DNA from: the human T2T-CHM13v2.0 reference genome, Homo sapiens | Assembly: GCF_009914755.1 (NCBI RefSeq) | Contig: NC_060929.1 | Strand: one strand, 5' to 3' | Length of the DNA stretch: 64,000 nucleotides | Shown here: positions 34,141-49,787 of the stretch, piece by piece | Layout: every line of letters begins with the position of its first letter | Numbering within the stretch: the first letter of the stretch is position 1 | The notes under the pieces: model-generated | Seen by the model: the letters and a program-made list of their open reading frames with translations, nothing else | What the model was told of the DNA's origin: nothing | Database searches by the model: none | Translations under genes and position numbers: made by a program

Positions 34141-35035
34141 ACTCTGAATAGCATCCTCCTATATGTTTGCCAGACCATGAGCATATCACTGCTAATGTCA
34201 GTCTCCAAAAAGAGCTTCTTACAAGGCTAGTGGCTGCCTTATTTGACAGCAAGGGAAAAATCAATACTGTAAAAGTTGTTAATCTTTATTGTGAAGATTG
34301 GTGATAATGTAACACAGTGCTTAATGAATATCTGGCATATCATAGTTGCCAAATAAATGGTGGCTATTAGTTATGTTGCCTTTATCCTTGTGAACAACCA
34401 GTCAAAATTTATCTCCAAGTCCTGAGGCTAAATATAACTACAGTCAATGGATTGGTATAATATTAGTTAATTTTAGGTGGCACTTTTTTTTGGGAAACTC
34501 AGCAATTAAGAGGAATGTCCAATGGGACAAGAAAGTCCTTTTTAGATGGTAAAGGGAAAACTACAAAACATTATGCTTCAATATTAGAAATTTTCTCTGG
34601 CTAAGTCTCCAAGAAGCCTTCACATTTTCAACAAAATGAAATCAATTTGTAGCTGGTAGGTATTAGCCTGAGTATGTAAAGAAAAGTAATTGCCAGCTTA
34701 AACCAAGTAATGTTAATTTTACTCTTAGCAAGTATCACGAGAACATTATTTAAAGGAATCCTGAGCTAGAGATAGTGTATTTGCATTCTATTCATTCACT
34801 TATTCAACAAATGTTTATTGACCACCTGCTAGGTGCCAAGCAGGATTCCAGGTTACAGAGGATGCAGTATGAACCAAACCTATATGGGGCCTGCAATTAA
34901 ATGGCCATGTGACCTTGGACAAGCCCCTTGCCCTACCTGGACTTTACTCTCCACATCTTTAAAATAAGCTGGCTGAACTACATTATCTCCAAAGATCCTC
35001 CCAGATGTATCATTTTGTGCCCTCCTTAATGCATT

Positions 35036-35374
35036 CTTTTTGGGGTCTTTTTGGTGGGTTTTTGTTTGTTTGTTTGTTTGTTTGTTTGTTTGTTTGTTTT
35101 TGAGATGGAGTCTCGCTCAGTTGCCCAGGCTGGAGTGCAATGGCACAATCTCAGCTCACTGAAACCTCCACCTCCCGGATTCTCCCACCTCAGCCTCCTG
35201 AGTAGCTGAGATTACAGGCACCTGCCATCATACCCGGCTAATTTTTGTATTTTTGTAGAGATGGGGTTTCACCATGTTGGCCAGGCTGGTCTCGAACTCC
35301 TGACCTCAGATGATTCACCCACCTCAGCCTCCCAAAGTGCTGAGATTACAGGTGTAAGCCACTGCTCCAGGCCT
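35036..35374 (-). mobile_element. Antisense AluS with (TTTG)n tail
   Basis: TSD cttaatgcattctt on both sides. Confidence 0.93.
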
Positions 35375-35489
35375 CTTAATGCATTCTTAATGGTGATCTC
35401 AATCCAGTGCAGCACTGATTGATGTACATGGCACTTGAGGGTACCACAAAATCCTTCACAGGTGTACTGCCAAGCTCTGACCAATGGGT

Positions 35490-35945
35490 ACTACGTTAAT
35501 TTCCTTGAGCTACCATACTAAATTACCACAAAGCTGATGGCTCAAGACAATAGAAATGTATTCTCTCACAGTTCTGGAGGCTGGACTTTTGAAATCAAGG
35601 CGTTGACAGGGGCCATGTTCTCTCTGAAGGCTCTAGGGAAGGATCCTTTCTCGCTTCTTCCTAGCTTCTGGTGTTGCCAACAATCCTTGGCGTTTCTTGG
35701 CTTATAGCTGGATCACTCCAGTCTCTGTCTTCATTGTCACATGGGTGGTGTCCTCCCCGTGTGTCTGTGTCTCTGTTTTCTCTTGTTATAAGAATGGACA
35801 GTCACTGGAGTAGGGCTCACCCTAATCCAGTATAACCTCACCTCAACTAATTATACCTACAAAGATCCTATTTCTAAATAAAGTCACATTCTGAGGTTCC
35901 AGATGGACATGAAATTTGGATAGGGGGACACTATTCAACTTAGTC
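35490..35945 (-). mobile_element. MLT1B/C-like MaLR solo LTR
   Basis: attctctcacagttctggagg...aaataaagtcacattctgagg...ggggacactattcaac. Confidence 0.8.
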
Positions 35946-36712
35946 TAGCTACCATTTCTTTTGGCTTCTTACCAAAAATATGGACTGTTCCAGCAGTGTT
36001 CATCTGCAGACACTGTGCTGGAAAGGTCATGCTGCCTCGTGCAGAGAGGGGTGGGTTTGAGGAAGAGGTAGGGAGTACATCTGAGCATCAAGGCTGGCAA
36101 CAAAGGAGCGGTTGTGTTTAATGGAATCTGTCAGGCTGTGCCCTGCAGACATGTACATCACTACAAGCATGGTCAGGTTGAGTGCCCGGGTTGTTCCAGG
36201 CAGTAAACAGCTCTGTGCAACAGCAACACTGTGTTTGGGATGACAGAGTAAAGAGCGAAATAATTGTGGAAGCTTTTCTAGACACTTGGGGACTTTATAA
36301 GATAGTGCTGTCATCATGATTACTTTTGATTGTTGATTTCTTTGATGGTCTTTTGAGTCATTTCATCCCTTCTAGCTGAGCACCAAAAATTCAGGCATTT
36401 AAAAGAGTGTGCTGGAAGGCTGATGGCTGGGCTGTGCAGGGCAGGTGTTAAGGACTCTAGCTCTGAAGGGGATTCCAGGGCAGAACGTCTGCTCTCCCAT
36501 TTTATTGGCTATGTGTCTGTGGAAATGTTAGTTTCTTTCTCAAAGCTCAGGCTCCCTTGTCTATAAATTGAAGATAATAATAGAGCCTCCTCAATCATTA
36601 TGTTAAGTAAAATAAGCCAGGCACAGAAAGACAAATTTTTCATGTTCTCACTTATTTGTGAAAGCTGAAAATTAAAACAATTGAACTCATGGAGATAGAG
36701 ATTAGAAGGATG

Positions 36713-37942
<1,230 letters not shown>

Positions 37943-38279
37943 TTAGTTGTACACTTTTTAATAACTAAAAGAGTGTGAGTGGCTTGTTTGTAACACAAAG
38001 GATAAATGCTTGAGGGGACTTACCCAGATATGATTACTACATATTGCATGCCTGAATCAAAATATTTCATGTAACCCATAAATATATACACTTATTATGT
38101 ACCCACAAAAATTAAAAGTTAAAAATAATAATAATAAAACCTCCTCATAGGATTGTAGTGAGAAAGAAATGTGAGGAAAAATAATTCATGTGCAGCATTA
38201 AACAGTGTCAGGAATATAAAAATGTGCTTAATAAATGTTTGTTTCTATTAAAGTATCTACTCATTTTTTCCTGTGCTGG

Positions 38280-39560
38280 AGGATCTCTTCCAACAAAAAT
38301 ATAAACATGCTAATTCTCTCATATTAAAACACACAAAAAAACCTTTCTTGATTCTGTTCTCCAACACCCTCCCTTTACAGTGAAATTTTGCAAAAGAATT
38401 TTTATTCTCTCTGTCCCCAAATCTTCTCCTCCCATTCTACAAAGAGGCCCTTGCCCCTCTCCCAAACCCTCCCATGATGTTGTGGTCTTCTGTGACCTCC
38501 AGGCTGCTAATTCCAGTGGTCAGTTCTCAGTACTCATCTTACTTGGCCGGTCAGCAGCTCGTGACTATTGACAACTCCTTCATTCTTAAAACACTTTTTC
38601 ACTTGGGTTCCTGGAGCATCACTCACTCCTGACTCTCTACCTATTTCCTTCCTATACTGGAGTGCCCTGGGGGATTCCCTGGACTTCTCTCTTTTATCTT
38701 TGCTTCCTCCCTAACTGATCCCATCCAGCCATAAGGCTTTAAATACCATCTCTGATGGCACATAAACTTAGATATCCAGCCTGAACATTTCTCCTGAACA
38801 CACCCTTTCAGCATCTCTATTTGGATCTCAAATAGACATCTCTAACTTAACATGTATGAAATCGAACTCCTGATTCCCCTCTCTGGTGAAACCTGGTCCT
38901 TCTGCAGTCTTCCCCACCTTAGCAAATGGAAACTGCCTCCTTCTAGTTGCTTGGAGTAAAACTCTGGAAGTCATCCTGACTTTTCACTTTTCTCTTTCAC
39001 CCTGCATCCAATCCATCAGCAAACCTTGAGAGTTCGACCTTTAAGATAAATCTAGAATCTAACCACTTCTCTTCACCTTCACTGTTTCCACTGAGGTCTG
39101 AGCCAGCCGCATGTCTCACCTCTATTATAGCAATAGCCTCCCAACTATACTTCCTGCTTCTTCCCTTGGCCCCTTTAGTCCATTCTCTATCCAGAAACCA
39201 GAGTGATCCCACCCTTGGCTGCACATTAGAAACACCTGGAGAGTTTTAGAAATTCTAATCTCCAGGCCATATCTCAGACCAATCTAATCAGAATCTTTGG
39301 GGATAGGACTCAGGCACAAGCATGGGTTTTTTCCTTTTCTTTTCTTAAGTCAGATTGTGGTACTCTTCTACCCAGAAACTTCCAATGGCTTCTCAGAATA
39401 AAAGTCAAAGCCCCCACACTGGCCATGAAGCACTTCTCAGGCCCACCTTGCCCACCCTTAGGAGAGCAAGGACTTTGTTCTGCTCACTGCTCTGTCCATA
39501 GTGCCTAGGACCATGCTTGGCACACAGTAGAGCTCACTAAGTATAAATCGAAAGAATGAA
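38280..39560 (+). mobile_element. L2 (ORF2 remnant to 3' end) containing a MER5A-like piece (~39200-39330)
   Basis: ctcatcttacttggccggtcagcagc resembles the L2 RT LLDLSAAFD region; 3' end ttggcacacagtagagctcactaa. Confidence 0.75.
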
Positions 39561-40128
39561 GAAAACCCTGAAACCCACTGAGACCAGACAATAGTACCTG
39601 TAGAGCTGGTGATGGCCACAAGAGGCCGCTGTTGTGTCGTGGAATGGACAGGAGAGCGGGCAGCTGCTCTTCCACAGCCAGCAGGCCTAGCAGAGTTTTG
39701 AGTGGGAACAGCAGGGGGGCACCTAGGTGGTCAAGCGGACAGCTGGGACGTGGAAACATGTTTATTATCGCCCCCCCAGAGCCTCGTGCTCAACACCAAC
39801 CCTGTTGGCTCCTAGAGATCAGCTGCAGCCCATATTGAGTAAGCTTTTTGAAGGGAACACACCAAAGTGAGAGCATTTCAACAAATACTCAATGGGGTTT
39901 GATGGACGCCAGTTCCTGCAGAAAGCCGGCGGGAGAGAAATGAACTTGGCCTGGTCCTGGTACATACAGCCCAGGAGCTGAATTAGATAGAGTTGGGGAG
40001 TCACTCTGAGTTGTAGTCCAGAAATTAAATTTCTAAAAATTGCAGAGGGACAGGCATAGAGCCTAGCTTGAATGCTTCCCTTCCTGAATCAGGAAAGTTC
40101 CAGGGCCTGTTCTTTGCCCTTCCCTCAT

Positions 40129-41019
40129 TAGTGCGGGATCTGGCCAGCAGCCCGCAATGCGACGGGGCTCTCTCTTTGTTCCTAGGTGGATTGGCAGGTT
40201 GAGAAATAATAGACACACACAAGATAGTGAAAGCTGGGTCCAGGGGGTCACCGCCTTTTGGTCCCGCGGTGCCACCAATGCACTGGATATACCAGCATTT
40301 ATTATTAAGTTTAGTGAGGGCGGGGGTAGGTTAGTGAGGGATTTAGGGTCGTTTGATTATGAGGTGAGATGGTCACATGGGGATGAAGTAATTCTTTAAC
40401 ATAACATTTGTATGTAGAAGTACAGTGCATTTGTATGTAGAAGTACAGTATACAAATAATTTACAATATAGTGTGTGCATCAGTAATTTCTAACAGAGCC
40501 TTAAAACAGAAACACAGTCTTTCCATAATCTATGATTAGCAAGATATTAATCAGCAGTAACAGTTGCAGCAAAAGCTGGTTACAAACAATCCATAGAAAC
40601 AGGACGTGAAGCTAGACAATCGGGTAGACCAGAAATTCTCAGAAGGGAGTATGCCTTAACCCTAAAAAGTCCTAGAAGAGCTGTGGCAAGATGAGGGCAT
40701 TTATAGCCCTATCTTATCCATATGGACAGGCGCCCCCCATGCGTCCATTTATAGACTCTCCACAAGGGTCTCATTCCATTCCCAGAGCTATGAGCATCTG
40801 CTTTTCTGGGATAGGAATCTTGGTGATGTGAAACCTCCCTGACTGCACGTCCATTCTTAGGCTCTCTGCAGGGGGAAGCACATCACGCGCTGTTGGCTCA
40901 TTCTGGCAGTCCAACCTGGCATTGTCTTTACACAATCCTGCATGCAATTTTGTATTTACAATAATCAGGAGCATTTCATCTTTTATTCCGTAGCAATAGT
41001 TTCAGGGGGTCTCCCTACA
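40129..41019 (-). mobile_element. HERV-K-class solo LTR, MER11D-like (HML-7), 891 bp
   Basis: Minus strand starts TGTAGGGAGACCCCCTGAAACTATTGCTACGG; perfect 6-bp TSD cctcat (40123-40128, 41020-41025); CpG-rich. Family name from recall. Confidence 0.8.
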
Positions 41020-41039
41020 CCTCATTAATATAGCCATCT

Positions 41040-41105
41040 ACATATTCATATGCATATATATGTATATATATGCATATATTTACACATACACACACACACA
41101 CACAC
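41040..41105. repeat. (TA)/(CA) microsatellite
   Basis: Read directly. Confidence 0.85.
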
Positions 41106-41226
41106 GTGTAGATAACATAATATATAAAACTGAGACCCAGTTCTCCATAAAACTCACCCAGTTTTATTCTCTATGATACAGTATATAAAAGGTCTGGGCT
41201 TGGAAATTTTTTTTAAAAAAAGGGAG

Positions 41227-41350
41227 CCAGGCATAGTGGCTCACACCTATAATCCCAACAATTTGGGAGACTGAGGCGGGAGGATCACTTTAGGCCAGGA
41301 GTTTGAGACTAGCCTGGGCAACATAGCAAGACCCTATCTCTACAAAAATT
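41227..41350 (+). mobile_element. Alu left monomer (FLAM-like)
   Basis: gccaggcatagtggctcacacc...ctctacaaaaa with no right arm. Confidence 0.85.
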
Positions 41351-41506
41351 TTTAAGATTTCTGTCCCACTTCTATCTGTGTGACTCAAGATTTACATATG
41401 AAGAAGGTGGTCAGCATACCTGTGTTCCCTACTTCATGGGTATTAATCAAATGATGAAATATTGTAAACCCTCCTTGTGAATTGTGGAAATGTCAGGATG
41501 GTTTTT

Positions 41507-41508
<2 letters not shown>

Positions 41509-41564
<56 letters not shown>

Positions 41565-41855
41565 TCAAAGAGAGGGAGGATCTCACGCTGTTGCCCAGGC
41601 TGGAGTGAGTGGCACAATCATAGCTCACTGTAGCCTTTACCTCCTAGGCTCAAGAAATTCTCCCACCTCAGCCTCCCAAGTAGATGGAGCCACAGGTGTA
41701 TACCACCACACCCAGCTAATTGTGTGGGGGGGGCGGGGGGAACACACGCATGCGTGAGTGCATGCATTTGTGTAGACAGGGTCTCACTATGTTGTCCAGG
41801 CTGGTCTTATACTCCTCAAGTGATCTTCCCACCTTTGCTTCCCAAAGTGCTGGGA
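41509..41855 (-). mobile_element. 5'-truncated antisense AluJ with (TG)n(AG)n tail
   Basis: 16-bp TSD tcaggatggtttttct at 41493-41508 and 41856-41871. Confidence 0.9.
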
Positions 41856-42020
41856 TCAGGATGGTTTTTCTGATGATGGTGGGATGACTTATTAGCTTTT
41901 ACTAGTGGCACTTGAAGCCACCAGGAATTTAACAGAAGACCCATCCAACCACAGATCCAGGGGAGCCACAGGATTTATTTGCATGTTGTTTGCATACAGT
42001 TTAAGAATAATAATATTATT

Positions 42021-42310
42021 GACCAGGCGTGGTGCCTCGCACCTGTAATCTCAGCACTTTGGGAGGCCGAGGGGGGCAGATCACCTGAGGTCAGGAATTC
42101 GAGACTAGCCTGGCCAACATGGCGAAACCCCATCTCTACAAAAAATACAAAAATTAGCCAGGTGTGGTGGTGGGAGCCTGTAATCTCAACTACTCGGGAG
42201 GCTGAGGCAGGAGAATTGCCTGAACAAGGAGGTGGAGGTTGCAATGAGCCAAGATCGTGCCACTGCACTCCAGCCAGGGTGACAGAGTGAGACTCTGTCT
42301 CAAAAAAAAA
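42021..42310 (+). mobile_element. AluSx-like
   Basis: TSD aagaataataatattatt. Confidence 0.95.
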
Positions 42311-42590
42311 AGAATAATAATATTATTAATAATAAGAGCTAAAATTTATGGAGCCTTTGCCATAGGCACTTAAACCCATTACATGTAATTTTATTTAATC
42401 ATCACAACAAATATATGGGGTAAGAACTATTCTAATCCTCCATTATATATAGATGAGGAAACTAAAATTCAGAGAGGTTAAGTTGCCCCAAATGCCAGGC
42501 TAATTAATAAATGAGACTTGGACCGAGGCAATCAGCTCCCTTCCCCATCCTCCACGTCAGAGCCTGCTGAATGAGCCAGGAGGATGATGA

Positions 42591-43004
<414 letters not shown>

Positions 43005-44794
43005 CAGCTTTACTACTACTGAACTGCATAAGTGGGCAAGTGATTTATCTCCTCTACACTGCTGGTTTTTCCTCCAAAAGATGAAGATAATATTTCCCCT
43101 GAAAGGAGGTTGTTGTGAAGATTAAATTAGATAATACTTAAAGCACCCAGCCTAGTTACTGTCGACATAGAGGTCCATTAAATATTAGTCTACCCCTGTG
43201 TCCCCATTAAAGATGAAAAAACCAAAGCACCAAGAGGCTAAATGTCTTAGCCCCTGTGACCCAGTGTGTTCCCCTAGACTTTGTAGTCAGTCCTCAGGCC
43301 ATCTCCAGATGAGATTTTATCCTTGCTGCAGTTAGTAGTCTAGGACCTAAACTTTTCTCAGTTCTCTCTTAGCTAATTTCTGATCTTCTCCCTCCTGGGA
43401 TCCTGAGAGAGAGAGAGCTACTGGAAGCCTTTATGCAGCCTCCCTCCTTTCTTGCTTAAAAGGATAAATGAGGGAAGGAGAGGCTAAAAGCTCCCTTGGT
43501 CATCAAGAGAATTAAGGTGAGGAGAAGGGGTAATGTGGAGGGCAGAGATCAGTGGCTCAGGTCACGCCTGCTCTCCAGTCAAGAGCCTCTTAGCTCTAAG
43601 CCACCCACTTAGGTACAGCAAGATTCACTTAGTGGCACAGTCTAGAGTCACATGTGGTATTAGAGCTGAAAAAGACCATAGAGATTATTACATTTTCAGC
43701 CAAGCTTTATATGTGGTAGATGAGGCATCATAGGGAGATTAACTTGCTCAGAGACTCTCATTAACAGAGCTGGCCTCAGCACCCCAGGGTCCTGGCTCCC
43801 TGTCCTCTTTGCCTTGTACCACTCTGACTCCCATGACCTTGCTAGTTCTCTGCAGAGCCATTGGCCCTGGAACTTGGCATAGTCAACGCTACGGTGGTGA
43901 ACTTTGCCCTCCCACTGCCATCTTCTCCCCAGTACTCTTGCTCTGCTGTGTACCACTTAGGCTCCTGGCTACCCACGACCCCACACTAAGGTGCCTTCTC
44001 TAGGCAAAAACCCAGGTCCCAAAGCTTCCCCTATGCCCATTTCTCTATCAAAACTCACCTTTCCAACATCCTAAACAACTGTAAGATTCAAAAGAAAGTC
44101 TGCTATGTAATAAACTCCCCCATGTTCATGACTGATAGTGGACTCAAATGGTTCTATGGTGGTTTCTTTTTAAAACTGATCTCCTAGAGAAATGAACCTT
44201 TACTCGAAGGTTAAGGCACTTAAGGTAGAATTCTGGGAATTCTGAAGCAGAAAATCCTCCCAGCACACCTCCAAGAGTACAGTTGAGACAACCACCACCA
44301 TTGCCACCATGTGATACTAGTCCTGGGTTAGAGGTATGTGTGTTTTCAAGCACTATCTTGATAATGATCTGGTCTCTTTTATGTATCTAAGAAATGCCCT
44401 TCTTCTTATCATACCAAATCTAAAGGCATTCATCTCCATTTCCTTGGAGCTCTCTTTTAATCCATCTCTCCTTTCCACCCAGTGCCTGCAGTCAAGAGAG
44501 TGCAGGAAAGGCGAGGAGGGTCCCAGCTGCCCTGTTACTGCTTCTTATAGCAACTCCCGAGGCAATTACATTCACCCCTTTCTAAAATTCTCAAGCACCA
44601 AGTTTCAAATGCCTCATTCCCACAGGACTTTACCTCTTTCTTACAATGCTGTCTAGGTAAATGGTAATAATGAAAATGATGGTGGTGCCAGATGTAATGG
44701 GTTTCTTCTCCACGTTATGATTCATGGTGGTCTGAGGGATAGAAAGAGCCCATTTGGATAAGCACAGTAGTCAAGAACTGAAGTTTATGCCTGC

Positions 44795-44875
44795 TGTCTT
44801 GACATAATTATTAATAGTGCCTTTCACTCTCAAAAGTGTCCTGGTTTGGGTGACAAACTATTTGGTCATCCTATT
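44795..44875. mobile_element. MER94-like hAT fragment
   Basis: ataattattaatagtgcctttcactctcaaaagtgtcctggtttgg...tggtcatccta. Confidence 0.65.
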
Positions 44876-46059
44876 AGGAGCACAGGCTTTGAAGTGGATT
44901 TGACCTGGGTTCAAACCCCAGCCTGTTTCTTACTAGCTGAATGACTTTGAACAAGTTACTTAAGGTCTATGAGCCACAGTTGCCAAATCTACTGATAGAG
45001 AATACTATTAGCACTGAGTTCACAGGGTCATTTGGAAGGACTGGCCTTGCACATTGCCAAGCACATGGTAAGATTGCAACGTGAGTCACCTCCAATTCTA
45101 AAGTTACAGAGCATACATTGTACAACTTCATTTGTGGACTCACCTAGGCAGGAAAGTAGACTCTTGAGGATGTTTTGCATTGGAAAAACCTGGACTTGTA
45201 ACCAGACAGACTAGCATTCAAATCCCAGCTGCACCACTCACTAGTTCTATGACCCTGGGAATTTAAATGACCTTTCTGAGCTTCACCTTGTTCATCTGTG
45301 CAATGGGGATTAAAATCTCAGAGTTGTTGTGAAGGGAAAATAAGATAAAGGTATTAGAAAGCACTCCATATGAACTCAATAAATGCTGCCTCTTATCATT
45401 ACATTTGCCCAGGTACACATCCAGGGTTCACTGGTAAGGGAAGAAGCAGATCTAGCCCTGTGCTCTTTCAGTTATATCTTATGGTCTCTGGGGACTGCAT
45501 TCTTCTTCCTCCATTGATCAAAATGTTGTCCTAAGCCATCGGCATTATTTCCCACTCTAAATCCTTCTCAAGCTCTCCCCCTCTTTATCATGGAAATTAG
45601 AAACAAGAAAAGGAAGCATCATGATGACATGCAGCTGGCCCCAGGGTTTTTGGATTAGAACCAAATTTCATGTTTGTGGAACTGATGTCAATTTGCTGGC
45701 TATGTGACATTGGGCAAATTACTCCACCCCACTGAGCTGCAATTTCCTCCTGTGTAAAAAGAAAATAATACCCTTTGCAGGGTGAGCAGCAAACCCAAGT
45801 CATTCTAATTCCCAAGCCCATGCTTTTAACCTTTATTCTGCTTCAAGTTCAAGAGCTGTTTAGTCTCATGGCCATTTGGGCAGCAGTTAAGATGATAGCA
45901 GGTAGTGAGACCAAAGTTTCTGGACTAGAACCTACGTTTCAGGTGCATGGGATTGAATTCAAAAGATTGGGATTTGGGCTAAGGTATGAAGTATGACGCT
46001 ACCTCATTCGAAAATAGTGTACAAAGCATCTGGCCTGTTTTTTGTTTTACATAACTATA

Positions 46060-46284
46060 TCCCTGTAGCATAAACCATGGCCCACCAGCCAAAACCATCC
46101 TGCCACCTATTCTGGTAGCGTTTTACTGGAGCAGAGCTATGCCCATTAATATATGTATGCAATATGTCTGCTTCCTTGGAACTATGGAAGATTGAATTGT
46201 TGCAACAGAAACTGTATGGACTGCAAAGGGTAAAATAATGTGCTATCTGACCCTCTACAGAAAAAGGTTGCAACCCTGCTCTAG
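46060..46284. mobile_element. MER58A-like hAT-Charlie element
   Basis: gttttactgga...ctatctgaccctctacagaaaaaggttgcaaccctg. Confidence 0.75.
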
Positions 46285-47042
46285 GGCATAATACCACTTT
46301 AAGTTTTAATAATGATAATTACAAGAATACGTGGTGCTGAGTGCTTACTCTATGCTGAGTGCCGTTCTATGGCTTTATATGTATATCTTATTTGTACTTG
46401 CAATAAATCCATGATATACACAATTATTCCTATTTTATGAGTAAGGAAACAGACAGAAAGAGGTTAAATAACTTGCTGGAGATCCAGTGGCTGGTAAATG
46501 GCACAGTTGGGATTCTAACCCAAGTAGTGTCAAGTATTACATTTCCTTGGAAGTTTGCAAACACATTTTCTTTCCTGATCAACTTGACCACTCATGATAT
46601 GAGAGACAATTTTAGATGGTTCATAAACACCTTATTAAGAAACATCCTCTCCTATGGTGAGAAAGCCATTCCCTTTCAAGTTCACTTTAACATGACAAAT
46701 CTCCCTTTTAACAGAGAGAGTGAACAGTCTTTTCACACACAGCAGTACCTTGCTAAAATTTAACTTCTAAATTAAACTTTTAAACTTAAATTTTAAATTA
46801 TATTTAAAATTTAATATATTTAAAATGTATTGCTTCATTTCATAGCATGTATTTTTTGTGGTCACCTTTTATTTGTGGAAAACAATCCTTGTTTTCTCTT
46901 CACAGCAATTTCCTTTCAAAAGAAATTTATTTAAGGATAAAAAAATACAGTCGATTCAGATATTAAGACCATGTTAATAATGGTGCTGAGGGTGTGTAAA
47001 TATGACACAAATCATGACCGTGGTACAGAAATGAATGACAGA

Positions 47043-47471
<429 letters not shown>

Positions 47472-48796
47472 TCAGATTCTCTATCTATTGAGTAAGGAGT
47501 TTAAATTAAATTATCTCTAACATTCTGTGGCATCCTAGTTTCTTCTTCTTGGCCTGGAATTTACTATACTTTAACTCGAGCCAATATTAAATGAGACGTG
47601 TTAGAGATCCACCCTTTCAAGCCCTGTAAAGACAAAGGACTCCACTGCACCCACTATGTCTTTTCCTCTTTGAGTGAGTCTATTAATTCCTATCTAGATT
47701 CCTGCCGAAAAAGGTGAGGAGATAAATGCATGTAGTGCAGGATTCAATTTGTGCTTCTTGCCTAGAAATTAAACAGGTCTGGGTTGGTCCAAGGTGTTTA
47801 CAGGAGAAAGATAAGTTCTTTGACATGTCCTCATTCACAGCGATTCCACCTGGGCCCAGCAGGCCTTCTGATGGGTTTTCTCTCCCTTTGGAGGGCTCTG
47901 TGTCTGCTCACCCAGAGACAGCTGTGGCCATACCTCATGATGGCTGGGGAAAAAAAAAGAGAAGGATTTTTATGAAAAATTACAAGGTGCAGCACTGCAA
48001 ATGGATGCCAAGCCTATATGAAAAGTAACCTGACTAGAAGCAGCAAGAGTGGAAAACCCCATTCTTCTCACATTTAAAAAAAGTTGTGGGGTAGAGGATG
48101 CCCAGGATAGGCCAGGTGCAATAACTTATCCTATTAATCTGCTATATTTAGTTCTTTTACCCCACATCAATCCTGAGAAGGAGTTATCATCATCATTTAT
48201 TAATTTTATTACACTTTATAGTATAGATTAAGAAACTGAAATTCAAAAACATTTCATTTCTCTCATCAATACAGCCCTAATAGGTATAGGTATAATTGTT
48301 CCCTATTTTATATGTAAGGAACTTGAGATTCAGAAAGATTAATTCATGCAGCTAGTAAGGGGTAAAGCCCAGATTGGAACAGAGGTCTGACTCTCTGCAG
48401 GCCTTTTCTGTGCACTTCCTCACATGTAGCCTCAGGAAAACTTTATAGTAAGAGAAGGCAAGGGGCAAGAATTTCTCCTACATGTCAGATCATAGGGGCA
48501 TGGACCTCGCACAACATCTTCATATTTCATTCCTCATTGTGTGTCAAGAATTCCTACGTGGTCAAAATGATGCATCCTTTTTCCCCAGGCATCCACAGAG
48601 ATTTGAACCATCTGTCAGCCCTTCCTAATGACAGCTGATGGAGACATCTGTGGCCAAAAGCCACCACTGCCAGCAAGGAGCAGGTTAAGAACCTGTTCTC
48701 TGTCTTGATTAAAATTCTTTCCCACAGGCTCTGCACACACTGTGAAGCAAAAGTCATCTGCAAGGCCCAAACCTCTGTCCTCAGGGAGTCCCCATC

Positions 48797-49249
48797 TGTA
48801 GTGGGCACTATCGATGCCCCAACCAGTGCCCCTCAGATCCCCTTTACCCCTTCTGTGATCCGTCTGCCAGCTTCTGTGTGCTCCGCTCCTAATGGCTCAC
48901 ATCTGTGACTTTCTTCAGAGGCCTGCCCTGGGGCTGCCGGATCTGCTCTGCCCTCACTTTTAGAGAGCTGAAAGTGTTCAAAGCCAGTACTGACAAGGGC
49001 AGGACTATGGAAGCCCAGCTCTCTTGCATCAAGTCAGGGCCAGGTCTAAGGTAGAATTTTCACTCCAGAGCTCCCCATGGGATCAGGCTGGGATGGAGCC
49101 CGAAAATGCATGCTTTGCTTGGCTTCTTCCCCGTCCTGTTCTGCTACCCCACTCCCTCACGAGTTTCTCCTCAGAGCACTCCCTTAATAAGTCACATGCA
49201 AATACAGTATCATTCCAGGATCTCCTTCTGGGGAACTTGACCTAAGACA
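48797..49249 (+). mobile_element. ERVL LTR (LTR16/LTR33-like)
   Basis: tgtagtggg start; aataagtcacatgcaaat...ggggaacttgacctaagaca end. Confidence 0.65.
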
Positions 49250-49787
49250 TCATTTTTCATCCATAGAAAAGCTACCTTCTTTTCTATGTCCACAGACTAT
49301 CTTCACCTGAATAGACACCCCCTCCGGGCATCTCCTGAACCAGCCTCCCTGTGGAAGTTGTGTTATGGACATATATATGGTAAATGAGAGTGTCACTGTT
49401 CAAAGGTATCACCAGTCTTCTAGGCAACAATAAATTCAACCTGGTGGTGTCTCTGTCCATCTTATATATACAGCCTTTTGGATAAGAACATTTCACTACA
49501 CATAATGCTGACTTTATCCCATTGCTTTAAAGAAAGAAAGAAAAGTAAGAAAATTGGGTAAAAGTTCTTCTCATCCATCCACTTATTAACTAGGTAACCT
49601 TTGATAACTGACCTAACCTTTATTTTACTTAAAAAGGGAAAAGGAAAAGGCCTTCTCTCTGATTTAAAGTCATAGAAAAATTTAGAAAACTTAGAAAAGT
49701 ACAATAATCCAGACACCCTCACCTCAACCAGTACTTTTTGGAAAATTTCTATCCAATCTTCCTTTTCTCTATGCAGATATTCTTAAT

